64,000 nt of DNA from an uncultured Gammaproteobacteria bacterium (GTDB taxonomy: Bacteria > Patescibacteriota > Microgenomatia > UBA12405 > BS750m-G30), in the NCBI GenBank assembly GCA_964484095.1, contig CAZAEB010000001.1, positions 1,655-65,654 of the forward strand, given 5' to 3'. Position 1 is the stretch's first letter. Each line of letters begins with the position of its first letter. Below are positions 17,364 through 26,500 of the stretch, in pieces. Below the pieces are notes generated by a model, which was not told the DNA's origin, did not search any database, and worked only from the letters and a program-made list of their open reading frames with translations. The position numbers and the translations under genes are program-made.

Positions 17364-17561
17364 ATGAACAAGAAGAAAAAATCCAAAAAGGAAAAAATTG
17401 CTACAATAAAAAGAAAAAATAGAAAAAAACAGTCCCCAATCTTTCCAGTAATAAAAGACACCGCCCGAATTTCAACAATACAAATAAAAAAGGATTTGGT
17501 AAAAACACTGGCTTTATCCATACTTGCAATCGGAATTGTGCTTGTGCTATATTGGGATTGA
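17364..17561 (+). CDS. small basic membrane protein (hypothetical)
   Basis: 65 aa. Lys-rich N-terminus (MNKKKKSKKEK...). C-terminal TM helix LALSILAIGIVLVLYW. Preceded by an extended -10 and no SD, so it would be leaderless. Confidence 0.35.
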   Translation: MNKKKKSKKEKIATIKRKNRKKQSPIFPVIKDTARISTIQIKKDLVKTLALSILAIGIVLVLYWD

Positions 17562-17645
17562 CTTTAGGAATCAGGCACATTTAGTTAAAAGTTGAGCACA
17601 TTCTTTTTATTAACTCCTGCCTTTTGAAAGGAGGTGAATGATTAA

Positions 17646-17792
17646 ATGGTATTCTACTGCGTAAAATGTCGCGCCAAGAAAGATGTTGGCGAAGATTTCG
17701 AAACATTGACCTTAAAAAATGGACGGCCTGCAGCTAAAGGAAAATGTCCTGACTGTGGAACAAAAATGTTTAAAATTGTTGCCGCAAAATAA
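17646..17792 (+). CDS. small zinc-ribbon protein (CxxC...CxxC, DUF5679-like); below the 60-aa ORF cutoff
   Basis: 48 aa: MVFYCVKCRAKKDVGEDFETLTLKNGRPAAKGKCPDCGTKMFKIVAAK. A strong SD aaGGAGGtg lies about 10 nt upstream. An intrinsic terminator lies 20 nt downstream. Confidence 0.6.
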   Translation: MVFYCVKCRAKKDVGEDFETLTLKNGRPAAKGKCPDCGTKMFKIVAAK

Positions 17793-17812
17793 TAGATTCA
17801 AGAGATAAAAAA

Positions 17813-17838
17813 CCTCCCATTTGCTTGGGAGGTTTTTT
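17813..17838 (+). terminator. rho-independent terminator (bidirectional shape: A-tract, hairpin, T-tract)
   Basis: Stem cctccca / tgggagg (7 bp), loop tttgct, then T6 at 17833-17838. Preceded by an A-tract. Confidence 0.6.
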
Positions 17839-17868
17839 CGCAATTAAATGAAATTAATTGCCAGTATT

Positions 17869-17877
17869 TGATATAAT
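17869..17877 (+). promoter_or_regulatory. extended -10 (TGaTATAAT) for rnpB
   Basis: tgatataat at 17869-17877. The RNA 5' end is expected about 8-10 nt downstream, at the P1 helix. Confidence 0.45.
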
Positions 17878-17887
17878 ATGTTGCTTT

Positions 17888-18153
17888 AGGGATTGAGTGA
17901 TGGCCCCGCCGGTGGCGGGGAGGAAAGTCCAGACTGCAGAAGGCAGAATGTTCCCGAGCTTCGGGAATACCTAGCTTGCTAGGGAAAGATAGGGCCACAG
18001 AGACGAGTAATTGCGCTTTGCGCAAGGAAGTGAAACGGGCAACCCTCTTTGCAGCAATTCCAAATTGGTGTGGACGCCTTCTCCAATAAAACACCAGGTA
18101 GGAAGCTTAGATAGATCATCACATAAAACAGAATCTGGCTTACCAATCCCTGA
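17888..18153 (+). ncRNA. rnpB: RNase P RNA (bacterial type, strongly reduced, about 265 nt)
   Basis: P1 strands gggattg and caatccc. P3 hairpin ccccgcc-ggt-ggcgggg. Universal P4 5' strand GAGGAAAGUCCag. P4 3' strand ACAGAAuCUGGCUUAC. PstI-palindrome P5/7 stems (ctgcag...tgcag). A very short P12 (ttgcgc-ttt-gcgcaa). Confidence 0.75.
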
Positions 18154-18172
18154 AGCAGTTTTAATTAATAAA

Positions 18173-19183
18173 TCACTTTTTTACAAACTCACCGACCTTT
18201 TTTTTATCACTTTTGGTAGAAAAAAACTCAGAGATTACTGCTTCTGCGGCGATATAAGTGGGAATTGCTAACACTGCACCTGCTACGCCGGCAATATTAT
18301 ATCCCACTGCTAGAGTTAAAAGAGTGATAACTGGATTAACCCCCACCGCTTGTTTCATAACTTTAGGAACTAAAAAATTGTTTTCAATCTGCTGAACAAT
18401 AATCGCCCAAGCAAGAGTCGCCAGGCCAGTAAGGGGAGAAATCATAAATCCAAAAAACACTGCCGGAACAGCCGCTAAAAAAGGACCGATGTTGGGAATA
18501 ATCTCCAATACTCCAGCTAAAAGTCCCAAAGCGAGAGCAAACTCCAGTCCCAAAATTAAAAATCCCAAATAGGAAAGAGCGCCAATAAAAACCATCAATA
18601 TAAACTGAGCCCTTACCCATCCACCTAGTCTTTTTTCTAGCTTTTCAACAAATTTAACCGCTTTTTTTCTTCCCTCTTCTCCAAACCAGCTAAAAATATA
18701 TTTGTCCAGGTTTTTATGTTCAATAAGAAGGTAAAGAGTTATTACTAAAACAGCAATAATACTTACCAGGTTAGAAATAATTGACAAAGAGAGCCTGACC
18801 AGATAACCAGGAAGCGTACCTATTTCAGAAAGAAGTCCCGCTACTAGCTGATCTGAAAAACCCATAAACGTCAAGTTTCCAAATAAATTAGGAACGACTT
18901 TTATTAGTTCGCCAGATTGCTGAATTAAAGGTGGAAAAATACCGATGATTACCACCACTAAAAAAGAAACTAAAAAAAGATAAAGGAGCAGTATCGCCAA
19001 CCAGCGAGGAATCTTTTTGCTCTCCATTTTGGCCACGGTCGGGTTTAAGGCTCCTACCAATATTAGGGCAATAAAAAAAAGAAAAATTATCTCTTTAATC
19101 TGAAAAACAAGCCAGCAGGAAAAAGAAAAAAGAGCAATAAAAAAAATAGTTCTGTGAGATATTTCAATAGTTATTTTTTTCAT
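18173..19183 (-). CDS. AI-2E family transporter (PerM/UPF0118)
   Basis: 336 aa. Eight predicted TM helices. C-terminal conserved block NPVITLLTLAVGYNIAGVAGAVLAIP. Confidence 0.8.
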   Translation of the reverse strand: MKKITIEISHRTIFFIALFSFSCWLVFQIKEIIFLFFIALILVGALNPTVAKMESKKIPRWLAILLLYLFLVSFLVVVIIGIFPPLIQQSGELIKVVPNLFGNLTFMGFSDQLVAGLLSEIGTLPGYLVRLSLSIISNLVSIIAVLVITLYLLIEHKNLDKYIFSWFGEEGRKKAVKFVEKLEKRLGGWVRAQFILMVFIGALSYLGFLILGLEFALALGLLAGVLEIIPNIGPFLAAVPAVFFGFMISPLTGLATLAWAIIVQQIENNFLVPKVMKQAVGVNPVITLLTLAVGYNIAGVAGAVLAIPTYIAAEAVISEFFSTKSDKKKVGEFVKK

Positions 19184-20144
19184 CTGTTTTAGAATACCAT
19201 TCTTTTACTAATTTGTTAACTTTATTATAGTAATTTGTCAAACCAACATCAAACCAGGAAAATCGCTTGTCTTTAGAAAACCAGTTAAGTTGTCTTTTTG
19301 CATAAGCTACCTCATCCCTGTACCACCGGTCAACCACCTTGGATAAATTATTACTCTTAAAATAGGGCTTAAACTCCTTATATGCCAAAGTGTTAAAACC
19401 CGGATCATCCCAGCAATATTCATTTAAAAGACCATCAATTTCATCCACTAGACCCAAGGCCAGTCTTTTGTTAACTCTTTTTTTAATTTTCTTTTTTTGG
19501 CTTTTTTTGGCTGAAAACAAACCAATGGCCAAAACAGCCTTACTCCAGACTCCTCCAGTTCTTTCCTCAGGTTTTAGCTTCTTGCCAATCTCTATCGCCC
19601 TTATCAGTCTTCTTGAATTGTTTCTGTCAGAGTTGTTCATCTGCTCCCATCTTTCCGGCAACATCTTCTTAAGTTTGGTCTGCAGCTCTGAAAGAGCAAG
19701 TTTTTCCAGTCTTTTTCTAAGCTTCCAGTTGGGGCCAATTCTTTTTGACCCGACCCCATCAAGAAGAATCTTTAAGTAAAAAGCGCTTCCTCCCAATACC
19801 ATTGGCAACTTATCGTCTTTCCATATTTTTCCAATAACCAGCTTTGCCAGTCTAGCCCACTGATATGAACTAAAACCGACATTAGGGTTAACCACATCCA
19901 AAAGCCAAATTTTGACTCCAGAAATAAGATAGTAGCCAATTTGAAAACCAGTCTTTTTTTCTTTTTTCCAAAGCTGGAATTTACTGCTCCTACCAACATC
20001 CTTACCGGTGCCAATATTCATTCCTCTATAAATCTGTCTGCTATCAGCAGAGATTATTTCCCCCTGATACTTTTTTGCCAATTTAATTCCTAGACTTGTC
20101 TTTCCTGTTGCTGTTGGTCCGTAAATAACTAATATTTTTTTCAT
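19164..20144 (-). CDS. miaA: tRNA dimethylallyltransferase
   Basis: 326 aa. P-loop ILVIYGPTATGKTSLGIKLA. SADSRQIYRGMNIGTGK motif. Confidence 0.9.
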   Translation of the reverse strand: MKKILVIYGPTATGKTSLGIKLAKKYQGEIISADSRQIYRGMNIGTGKDVGRSSKFQLWKKEKKTGFQIGYYLISGVKIWLLDVVNPNVGFSSYQWARLAKLVIGKIWKDDKLPMVLGGSAFYLKILLDGVGSKRIGPNWKLRKRLEKLALSELQTKLKKMLPERWEQMNNSDRNNSRRLIRAIEIGKKLKPEERTGGVWSKAVLAIGLFSAKKSQKKKIKKRVNKRLALGLVDEIDGLLNEYCWDDPGFNTLAYKEFKPYFKSNNLSKVVDRWYRDEVAYAKRQLNWFSKDKRFSWFDVGLTNYYNKVNKLVKEWYSKTDEKNNY

Positions 20145-20147
20145 TTT

Positions 20148-20957
20148 CTATACAGATACGCCGTTATATCTCTTTATACCAACCCGCCATAGCCTGATCG
20201 TGATTAAAATTAGAAATATGCTTGCTCCGAAAGCCCCAAAAAATAATAATGGGTCAAACCCACTAGTTAATATTTTTACCGGAACTACGGCAATAAACAT
20301 AATCGGAACTAAAGTAAAAACCAAAAAATATATCACCTTGCTAAATTTAAAAAATTCCGAAGGATATTTGGCAAACGTTTCAATGTTCCAAAAAAATGAA
20401 ACCACCTGGTCATTTTCTACCATCCAAAAAGCGCTGCAGCCAAAAATTAGCCCCAAGAAATATCCCATTGCCAGTCCGTTAATAAATAAAACGGAAAACA
20501 ACAGATAATTAACTAAAGGAATCGAAATATTTGCCACATTCAAGCCGTAGATAAAAATTATCGCTCCGGTAATAACGTGGCTTATTGTATCAGGATACAA
20601 GCTTAAAGTTGCTGAAAATATTTTGTTTAAAGGCCTAAGTAAGGCAGCGTCAAAGCCCCCATAACGAATTTTCGAACTAATCGAATGTCCTCCGGATAAA
20701 AAAGTTATAAATATGCCCCAAAAAAGATTATAAACACCATATAAGACAACCATATCTTCCCATCTCCAACCAGCTATCTGATCTACCTGACCAAAAATTA
20801 CCCTGTAAGTAAGAAGTGTCACTGCCACCCAGGAAACAGTTCCAAAAGAGCTGAAAATAAAATCGGCTCTATAAACTAAAAACTGAATCAGTCTAAGTCT
20901 TGTAAAAACCATCCACACTCTTACGTGATGAACCAGGCTAATTGCCAACTGCTTCAT
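20148..20957 (-). CDS. ABC-2 family transporter permease
   Basis: 269 aa. Six TM helices. Sits in an operon with a second permease and an ATPase. Confidence 0.7.
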   Translation of the reverse strand: MKQLAISLVHHVRVWMVFTRLRLIQFLVYRADFIFSSFGTVSWVAVTLLTYRVIFGQVDQIAGWRWEDMVVLYGVYNLFWGIFITFLSGGHSISSKIRYGGFDAALLRPLNKIFSATLSLYPDTISHVITGAIIFIYGLNVANISIPLVNYLLFSVLFINGLAMGYFLGLIFGCSAFWMVENDQVVSFFWNIETFAKYPSEFFKFSKVIYFLVFTLVPIMFIAVVPVKILTSGFDPLLFFGAFGASIFLILITIRLWRVGIKRYNGVSV

Positions 20958-21741
20958 ATCTTTTAACTCCTTTCCGCCAGAGAACAGAAATTAATATATA
21001 GAAAAAAATCAGCCACAAATACTGCAGTACAAAGCTTGTAATAATTTCCGGCCTCTCTATTCTTCCTAGAAATAATCTAACAGGAAAACTCACGGAAAGG
21101 CCAAAAGGAGAAAATCCGGCCACTTTAGCAATCCCTACCGGCAGTAAAGATAAAGGAACCCAGCCACCAGCCAAAAACGTCTCTGCTTGAGAAATTACCT
21201 CCAACATAGATCTTATCGATGTGAACCAAAAAGCCAGCACTCCAAGAAAAAATCTAAAAAGAAAGGCCAAAAATATCGAATTGAAAAGCGCTAGAGCAAA
21301 TAAACCGATGTTTTTGCTTCCTATAGATATCCCAAAAATCAAAAAAACAATAATCCAAACTAAAAAAATCCATAAAAATTGAGAGGCTTTTTTGCCAAAA
21401 TCTCTTGAAAAAATCGCCCAATGGACGGATATTGGTCTAAAAAAATATATGGTTAGACTACCGTCAATTATGCTGCTGCTCAACCAACCAGCTACACTGC
21501 TTCCCGTAAACAGATAAACAAGATAAACCATTAAAAAATACATAATTATCCCCGCTAAATCATACTCTCCCACTTGAGACTTTTGCTGAAATACTTGTAG
21601 CCAAATTAATATCTCGGCAAAAAACCAAAGGCTTTGACGAAAAAAGTAAATGAGGGCATTAAACCGATAGAAAAGGGATTCTTCAAAAGCAAGTTTAAAA
21701 ATCTGAAAATATTTTCTTGCTCCAACCAGTCTGTCAAGCAT
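20938..21741 (-). CDS. ABC-2 family transporter permease
   Basis: 267 aa. Polytopic membrane protein. 8-nt overlap with the ATPase gene. Confidence 0.7.
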   Translation of the reverse strand: MLDRLVGARKYFQIFKLAFEESLFYRFNALIYFFRQSLWFFAEILIWLQVFQQKSQVGEYDLAGIIMYFLMVYLVYLFTGSSVAGWLSSSIIDGSLTIYFFRPISVHWAIFSRDFGKKASQFLWIFLVWIIVFLIFGISIGSKNIGLFALALFNSIFLAFLFRFFLGVLAFWFTSIRSMLEVISQAETFLAGGWVPLSLLPVGIAKVAGFSPFGLSVSFPVRLFLGRIERPEIITSFVLQYLWLIFFYILISVLWRKGVKRYEAVGN

Positions 21742-22723
21742 AATCTTTGCCGGTAAACAGCTCTCTGATAATATCTTCTATTGGCGGTTCTTCAATAGTT
21801 AAATCATCTACCGGAAATCTCTGTAAAATTTCTGCAGCCGCCAAAGAAGCAGCGCTCCTTTTTACCATTATACTCGCCTTTAAAGGATCAAACTCTTTAA
21901 CTTTGCCTATTCCTTTAAGATCCTCCTTTAAAACAGGTTTGCCAAAAACAGCCGTGATTGTTTTATGATTAGCAAACTTTTTAATAATCTCTTCTAAAAA
22001 ACCATCAAAAATAACCTTTCCCTTGTTAATAATTACCACCCTTTTGGCAAGCTCCTTTACATCATCCATATAGTGCGAGGTAAGAATTATTGTTGCTTGA
22101 TGACGCTTATTATATTCACTGAGAAAATCGCGAATCTTTTTCTGCATTACCACATCCAAACCAATTGTCGGCTCATCTAAAAATAATACCTTGGGTTGAT
22201 GCAATAAAGCGGCAATAAGCTCGCATTTCATTCTCTGACCCAAAGAAAGCTTTCTCACCTGAACTTTCAAGATATCTTTCACCTCCAAAAGACTTACTAG
22301 TTCGCCAAGAGTTTTTTTGTATTTTTCGGGAGAAATTTCATAAATTTCTTTGTTTAGATTAAAAGTTTCTACTGCCGGCAGATCCCACCAAAGCTGGTTT
22401 TTTTGCCCCATCACAAAGGCAATCTGCTTTAAATAATCTTTTTTTCTCTCCCAGGGAGTAAATCCTAAAACCGAAGTAACTCCTCCATCTGGATATAAAA
22501 GACCAGAAAGACATTTTAGAGTAGTGGTTTTCCCAGCTCCATTAGGACCGATAAAACCAACCAACTCTCCTTCGTCAATTTTAAAATTAATCTCGTCCAC
22601 CGCCTTAACGTCCTCATACTTGCGAGAAAACAAAGATTTTAAAGACCCTTTTAAACCCGGTTCTTTCTTGTGAACTTTATAATACTTTTTAAGACCAGAG
22701 ACTGAAACAACACTATCACTCAT
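21734..22723 (-). CDS. ABC transporter ATP-binding protein
   Basis: 329 aa. Walker A GPNGAGKTTTLK. Signature LSLGQRMK. Walker B LFLDEPT. Confidence 0.85.
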   Translation of the reverse strand: MSDSVVSVSGLKKYYKVHKKEPGLKGSLKSLFSRKYEDVKAVDEINFKIDEGELVGFIGPNGAGKTTTLKCLSGLLYPDGGVTSVLGFTPWERKKDYLKQIAFVMGQKNQLWWDLPAVETFNLNKEIYEISPEKYKKTLGELVSLLEVKDILKVQVRKLSLGQRMKCELIAALLHQPKVLFLDEPTIGLDVVMQKKIRDFLSEYNKRHQATIILTSHYMDDVKELAKRVVIINKGKVIFDGFLEEIIKKFANHKTITAVFGKPVLKEDLKGIGKVKEFDPLKASIMVKRSAASLAAAEILQRFPVDDLTIEEPPIEDIIRELFTGKDYA

Positions 22724-22736
22724 TAAGGTAGTATAC

Positions 22737-23009
22737 CTACCTTACCGCTCTTTTTAAAGCTGTTCCAGGAGTGAATCGGGGCATTCTTCTAGAACCGATT
22801 TTCTTTTTCTTGGTCTTACCAATTGGTAAGACTTCTTTTGGTTTAAAAACTTTGGTCCAGTAAACTCCAAATCCGGCAAGCTTTACTTTCTCACCTCTAG
22901 ACAAGGCTTTTGAAATCTCGTTTAAAAAAGTATTTACCGTCTCCTTAGAGGTTTTTTTAGTTAACTTCATTTTCGAAGAAACAACCTCAATTAGTTCACT
23001 TTTTTTCAT
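22737..23009 (-). CDS. hup: HU-family DNA-binding protein
   Basis: 90 aa. Motifs GFGVY...RMPRFTPG...KRAV. Confidence 0.85.
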   Translation of the reverse strand: MKKSELIEVVSSKMKLTKKTSKETVNTFLNEISKALSRGEKVKLAGFGVYWTKVFKPKEVLPIGKTKKKKIGSRRMPRFTPGTALKRAVR

Positions 23010-23098
23010 CTTACTTACCTCACTTTAAATCTCTTAATATTATAAACTCATATAACAAATGCTTCTACTTTTAATTTTAACCTCTGTTCCCGTTTTTG

Positions 23099-24586
23099 TC
23101 AATTAGATTTTCTAAGAGGAGCTGTGGCATTGGCTCTTGTTTCTCGTATAGCAGTAATTTTTACCTGCCCTGCCCACTTTGACTCCTCATCAAGTTTTTC
23201 AGCAATTTTTTGAACCATAATCTCCATTTCTTCATCAGATACTTTTTCAGGCTTAACAATTATTCGAATTTCCCGACCAGCCTGGTAAGCAGCAACATCC
23301 TCTATTCCCTTAAAAGAACGAACCACCTCTTCTATAGAAGTCATTCTCTTTAGGTAATCTTCATGGGCCTGATATCTGGCTCCTGGCCTGGAGCCGGAAG
23401 CGGCATCACCAATGTAAACAATCACCGACTCAAGAGAAGAAAATGGTTTATCTTCGTGGTGTTCGCCAACTGCATCAATTACCGCTTGAGGAAACTTGAA
23501 TCTGCGAAGATAGTCAACTCCTATTTGAACATGGCTTCCTTCTTCGTCGGTAATTACCTTGCCAACATCATGAAGTAAACCAGCAAGCCTAACTACTTTT
23601 ACATCAGCTTTATGCTCTGAGGCTAAAGCAATGGCAATTTTGGTAACCTCAATCGTGTGAACAGCCAAATTCTGGCCGTAGGATGATCGGTACTTAAATT
23701 TGCCAATCGTTTTCACAACTTCTATAGGAAGATGATATACTCCCACCGTTTGACATATCTTTTTTCCTTCCTCAAGCAGTATCCTATCCATCTGCAACTT
23801 AGTTTGCTTAACAACCTCTTCAATTCTTACTGGCTGAATTCTTCCATCCCTAATCAGCTTTTGAAGAGCAATTTTTGCAATCTCTCTTCTAACCGAATCA
23901 AAAGAAGAAATTCTAATTTCATTACCGTCACCAAGCTCCAGCTCTACTCCGGTAGCCTTTTCAAAAGCGCGAATATTTCTCCCTTCCCTGCCAATAACCT
24001 TTCCTTTAACATCCTCATTGGGAAGATCAACTGTCGAAATTGTGTACTCTGCTACATAGTCAGTAACTCCATGTCTTATCGCCTCGACAATCGATTCTCT
24101 AGTCGCCTCTTCCTCAACAGCTTTAATAGCTTCTTTGATATCACTGGTTTTCTTAGCAAGCCAAGAGGTTAGTCTTTTTTCAGTTTCCTCGACAATCCTC
24201 TTTTGGGCATCCTCTTTTGACAATGCGGCTATCTTTTCAAGAGTTAACAACTGCTTTTGACGCAAAGCCTCAGCTTCTTCCTGTTTTATTAAAATTGCTC
24301 TTTGTTTATCCTCCAATGATTGCTCTTTTTTACGAAGATAAACCTCCTTTTCATCCAGCGAATTACTTTTTCTATCAAGCTCTTTTTCTCGGTTGTTTGA
24401 TTCCTCTAATAGTTTGACTAACTCCAACTCCTTTTTCCTGGTAAGATCCTCTGCTGGATCTTTTTTTTCAACTGATAAGAATTTTTTTACAGCTGGTTTT
24501 TTTGATTTAACCTGAGCAGGCTCAGAACGCTTTTGAGTTTTTACTCCTCCAATAACCGCCCTAACTCGGGAAATTATATTAAACAT
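23099..24586 (-). CDS. rny: ribonuclease Y
   Basis: 495 aa. N-terminal coiled-coil. KH domain (GKVIGREGRNIRAFE). HD domain (LLHDVGKV...HH). The N-terminus has only a weak hydrophobic segment (AVIGGV). Confidence 0.9.
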   Translation of the reverse strand: MFNIISRVRAVIGGVKTQKRSEPAQVKSKKPAVKKFLSVEKKDPAEDLTRKKELELVKLLEESNNREKELDRKSNSLDEKEVYLRKKEQSLEDKQRAILIKQEEAEALRQKQLLTLEKIAALSKEDAQKRIVEETEKRLTSWLAKKTSDIKEAIKAVEEEATRESIVEAIRHGVTDYVAEYTISTVDLPNEDVKGKVIGREGRNIRAFEKATGVELELGDGNEIRISSFDSVRREIAKIALQKLIRDGRIQPVRIEEVVKQTKLQMDRILLEEGKKICQTVGVYHLPIEVVKTIGKFKYRSSYGQNLAVHTIEVTKIAIALASEHKADVKVVRLAGLLHDVGKVITDEEGSHVQIGVDYLRRFKFPQAVIDAVGEHHEDKPFSSLESVIVYIGDAASGSRPGARYQAHEDYLKRMTSIEEVVRSFKGIEDVAAYQAGREIRIIVKPEKVSDEEMEIMVQKIAEKLDEESKWAGQVKITAIRETRANATAPLRKSN

Positions 24587-24688
24587 CTATCCCTCCTTTA
24601 AATACAGCAGAAAAGCCGCTAGGCAATCTTAGAAGAAATACAGAAAAAAACTAATAGACCGTTGATAAAAACATTTTTTCTAATAATC

Positions 24689-24717
24689 TTGACAACTGCT
24701 GTAAAAAATAATATATA
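24689..24717 (+). promoter_or_regulatory. consensus sigma70-like promoter TTGACA-17-TATATA oriented antisense to recX
   Basis: ttgaca at 24689-24694, a 17-nt spacer, tatata at 24712-24717. There is no plus-strand gene downstream. The predicted TSS is about 24724, reading into the recX 3' end. Confidence 0.35.
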
Positions 24718-24737
24718 TACTTGCCATCGATTTCATT

Positions 24738-25418
24738 TTACCTTTTGTCAAGCCTTTCGTCAATCAAATCAACTACCTCGTTATAGTAAAAACCTTTACG
24801 CATAAGAAAGGAAAGCAGTTTTTTTTTCTTCTCAATATTTGCCATTTTTTCTGGAAAACCTCTAAGTTTTTTTTCAATAAGCCCAATAGCCGCCTCTGCC
24901 TCATTATAATCGACTTCAGCTAACTTTCTTTCAATTAACTCTCTTTCTACTCCTTTTTGATAAAGCTCGACAAATATCTCTCTTTTGGACCGAGGGCGAA
25001 ATTCTCTCCTTTGCTCCACCCACCAAACCACAAAAGCTTCATCATCAACCAAGCCTCTCTTTTCAAGTCTAGCTACTGCCTTGTCAGCAACATCCTTTAA
25101 AACCAGGTGAAAATCAAACTTTACCTTTTGCTGTGTATTATCGACTGCTCTGGAAAGATAGTCTATCAATTTATCAAGAATTTCTTTTTCAGATCGTGGT
25201 CTTAATCCTAAAAGTCGAAGCGCTTTTTCAATCGCTTTTTCTAAAAAATCATCCTCTATTATTCTTTTTAATTTACTTTGAGAAATCTCTTTTCCTAAAA
25301 AAAGATTATTTTCTAAAACCGATTTAACTGACAATCCTAAGACAAAATCAGAAAAATAAACATTGGCTCTAGAAAAATTCCTTTTTTGAGAAGCAATTTT
25401 TAGAATTTTATACCCCAT
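24738..25418 (-). CDS. recX: recombination regulator RecX
   Basis: 226 aa. Lies immediately downstream of recA. Three-helix repeats with the RecX-like block VVWWVEQRREFRPRSKREIFVELYQKG. Confidence 0.75.
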   Translation of the reverse strand: MGYKILKIASQKRNFSRANVYFSDFVLGLSVKSVLENNLFLGKEISQSKLKRIIEDDFLEKAIEKALRLLGLRPRSEKEILDKLIDYLSRAVDNTQQKVKFDFHLVLKDVADKAVARLEKRGLVDDEAFVVWWVEQRREFRPRSKREIFVELYQKGVERELIERKLAEVDYNEAEAAIGLIEKKLRGFPEKMANIEKKKKLLSFLMRKGFYYNEVVDLIDERLDKR

Positions 25419-25421
25419 AAA

Positions 25422-26432
25422 CTACTTCTTTTTGATAGCAGAAAGAATCTCTTTAGATATTTTTTTCGACAGGGATGGATTCTTGTCCAACTCTTCTTTT
25501 AGGGCCTCTCTTCCTTGGGCTATCGTTTTTCCTTGATATTTAAAAAAGGCTCCTGCTTTTGAAACAATTTCATGCTTTAGAGCCATATCGACAATCCCTC
25601 CTGACCTTGAGATTCCTCCAATATTCATTATTTCAAACTCTGTTTCTTGAAAAGGCGGAGCAACTTTGTTTTTGATAACTCGAGCTCGATGAGTTGAGCC
25701 AAATACAATTCCTTCTGCATTTTTTATGTTTCCAGTTTTTCGAACATCAATTCTTACTGAGGAATAGAACTTAAGAGCCATTCCTCCACTGGTTGTTTCC
25801 GGATTACCAAAAAATACACCAATTTTATGACGAATCTGATTAGTAAAAATAACCACTGTCTTTGACTTGGAAATTGCTCCAGTCAATTTACGAAGTGCCT
25901 GAGACATCAATCTTGCTTGAACTCCAACCATCGCGTCTCCCATCTCTCCCTCGATTTCTGCCCGCGGAACTAAAGCGGCAACCGAATCAATAACAATTAC
26001 ATCCAGTCCTCCTGATCGCACTAAAGTTTCAACAATTTCCAAAGCCTGCTCACCGGTATCCGGCTGAGAAATAAGAAGATCATCCAGTTTTACTCCAATC
26101 TGTTTTGCCCGACTAGGATCAAGGGCATGTTCTGCATCAATAAAAGCAACTGTGCCACCTAGTTTTTGTGCTTCGGCAATAACATGCAAACAAAGAGTGG
26201 TTTTCCCTGATGCTTCTGGACCAAATACCTCTGTTACTCGACTTCGCGGCAGTCCCCCCACCCCCAGAGCAATATCTAAAGGCAAACAGCCGGTAGGGAT
26301 AACAGGAATCTTTTCATCAGCCCCTCCACCCATCTTCATAATTGCGCCCTTGCCGTATTGTTTTTCAATCTGATCCATTGCCATCTTTATCGCCTGAAGT
26401 TTTCCCGATCCATCTTCACTTTTCTTGGCCAT
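25422..26432 (-). CDS. recA: recombinase RecA
   Basis: 336 aa. Walker [13 protein letters not shown]. Loop and signature regions IDAEHALD and VIFTNQIR. Confidence 0.95.
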   Translation of the reverse strand: MAKKSEDGSGKLQAIKMAMDQIEKQYGKGAIMKMGGGADEKIPVIPTGCLPLDIALGVGGLPRSRVTEVFGPEASGKTTLCLHVIAEAQKLGGTVAFIDAEHALDPSRAKQIGVKLDDLLISQPDTGEQALEIVETLVRSGGLDVIVIDSVAALVPRAEIEGEMGDAMVGVQARLMSQALRKLTGAISKSKTVVIFTNQIRHKIGVFFGNPETTSGGMALKFYSSVRIDVRKTGNIKNAEGIVFGSTHRARVIKNKVAPPFQETEFEIMNIGGISRSGGIVDMALKHEIVSKAGAFFKYQGKTIAQGREALKEELDKNPSLSKKISKEILSAIKKK

Positions 26433-26500
26433 TTATCCTCCTAATAGAATAAAAACTAACTGGCTAATTTAATCATGAAACGTGATAAAATACAACTGCT

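Noticed and set aside
17798-18271. ORFs 17798..18094 (minus) and 18011..18271 (plus)
   Set aside because: They overlap the RNase P RNA gene, whose conserved P4/P1 elements explain the region.
26433-26500. SOS (LexA) box upstream of recA
   Set aside because: No CGAAC-N4-GTTCG or CTGT-N8-ACAG-type palindrome is present. Only a -10-like TGATTAAAT and an AGGAGG RBS are present.
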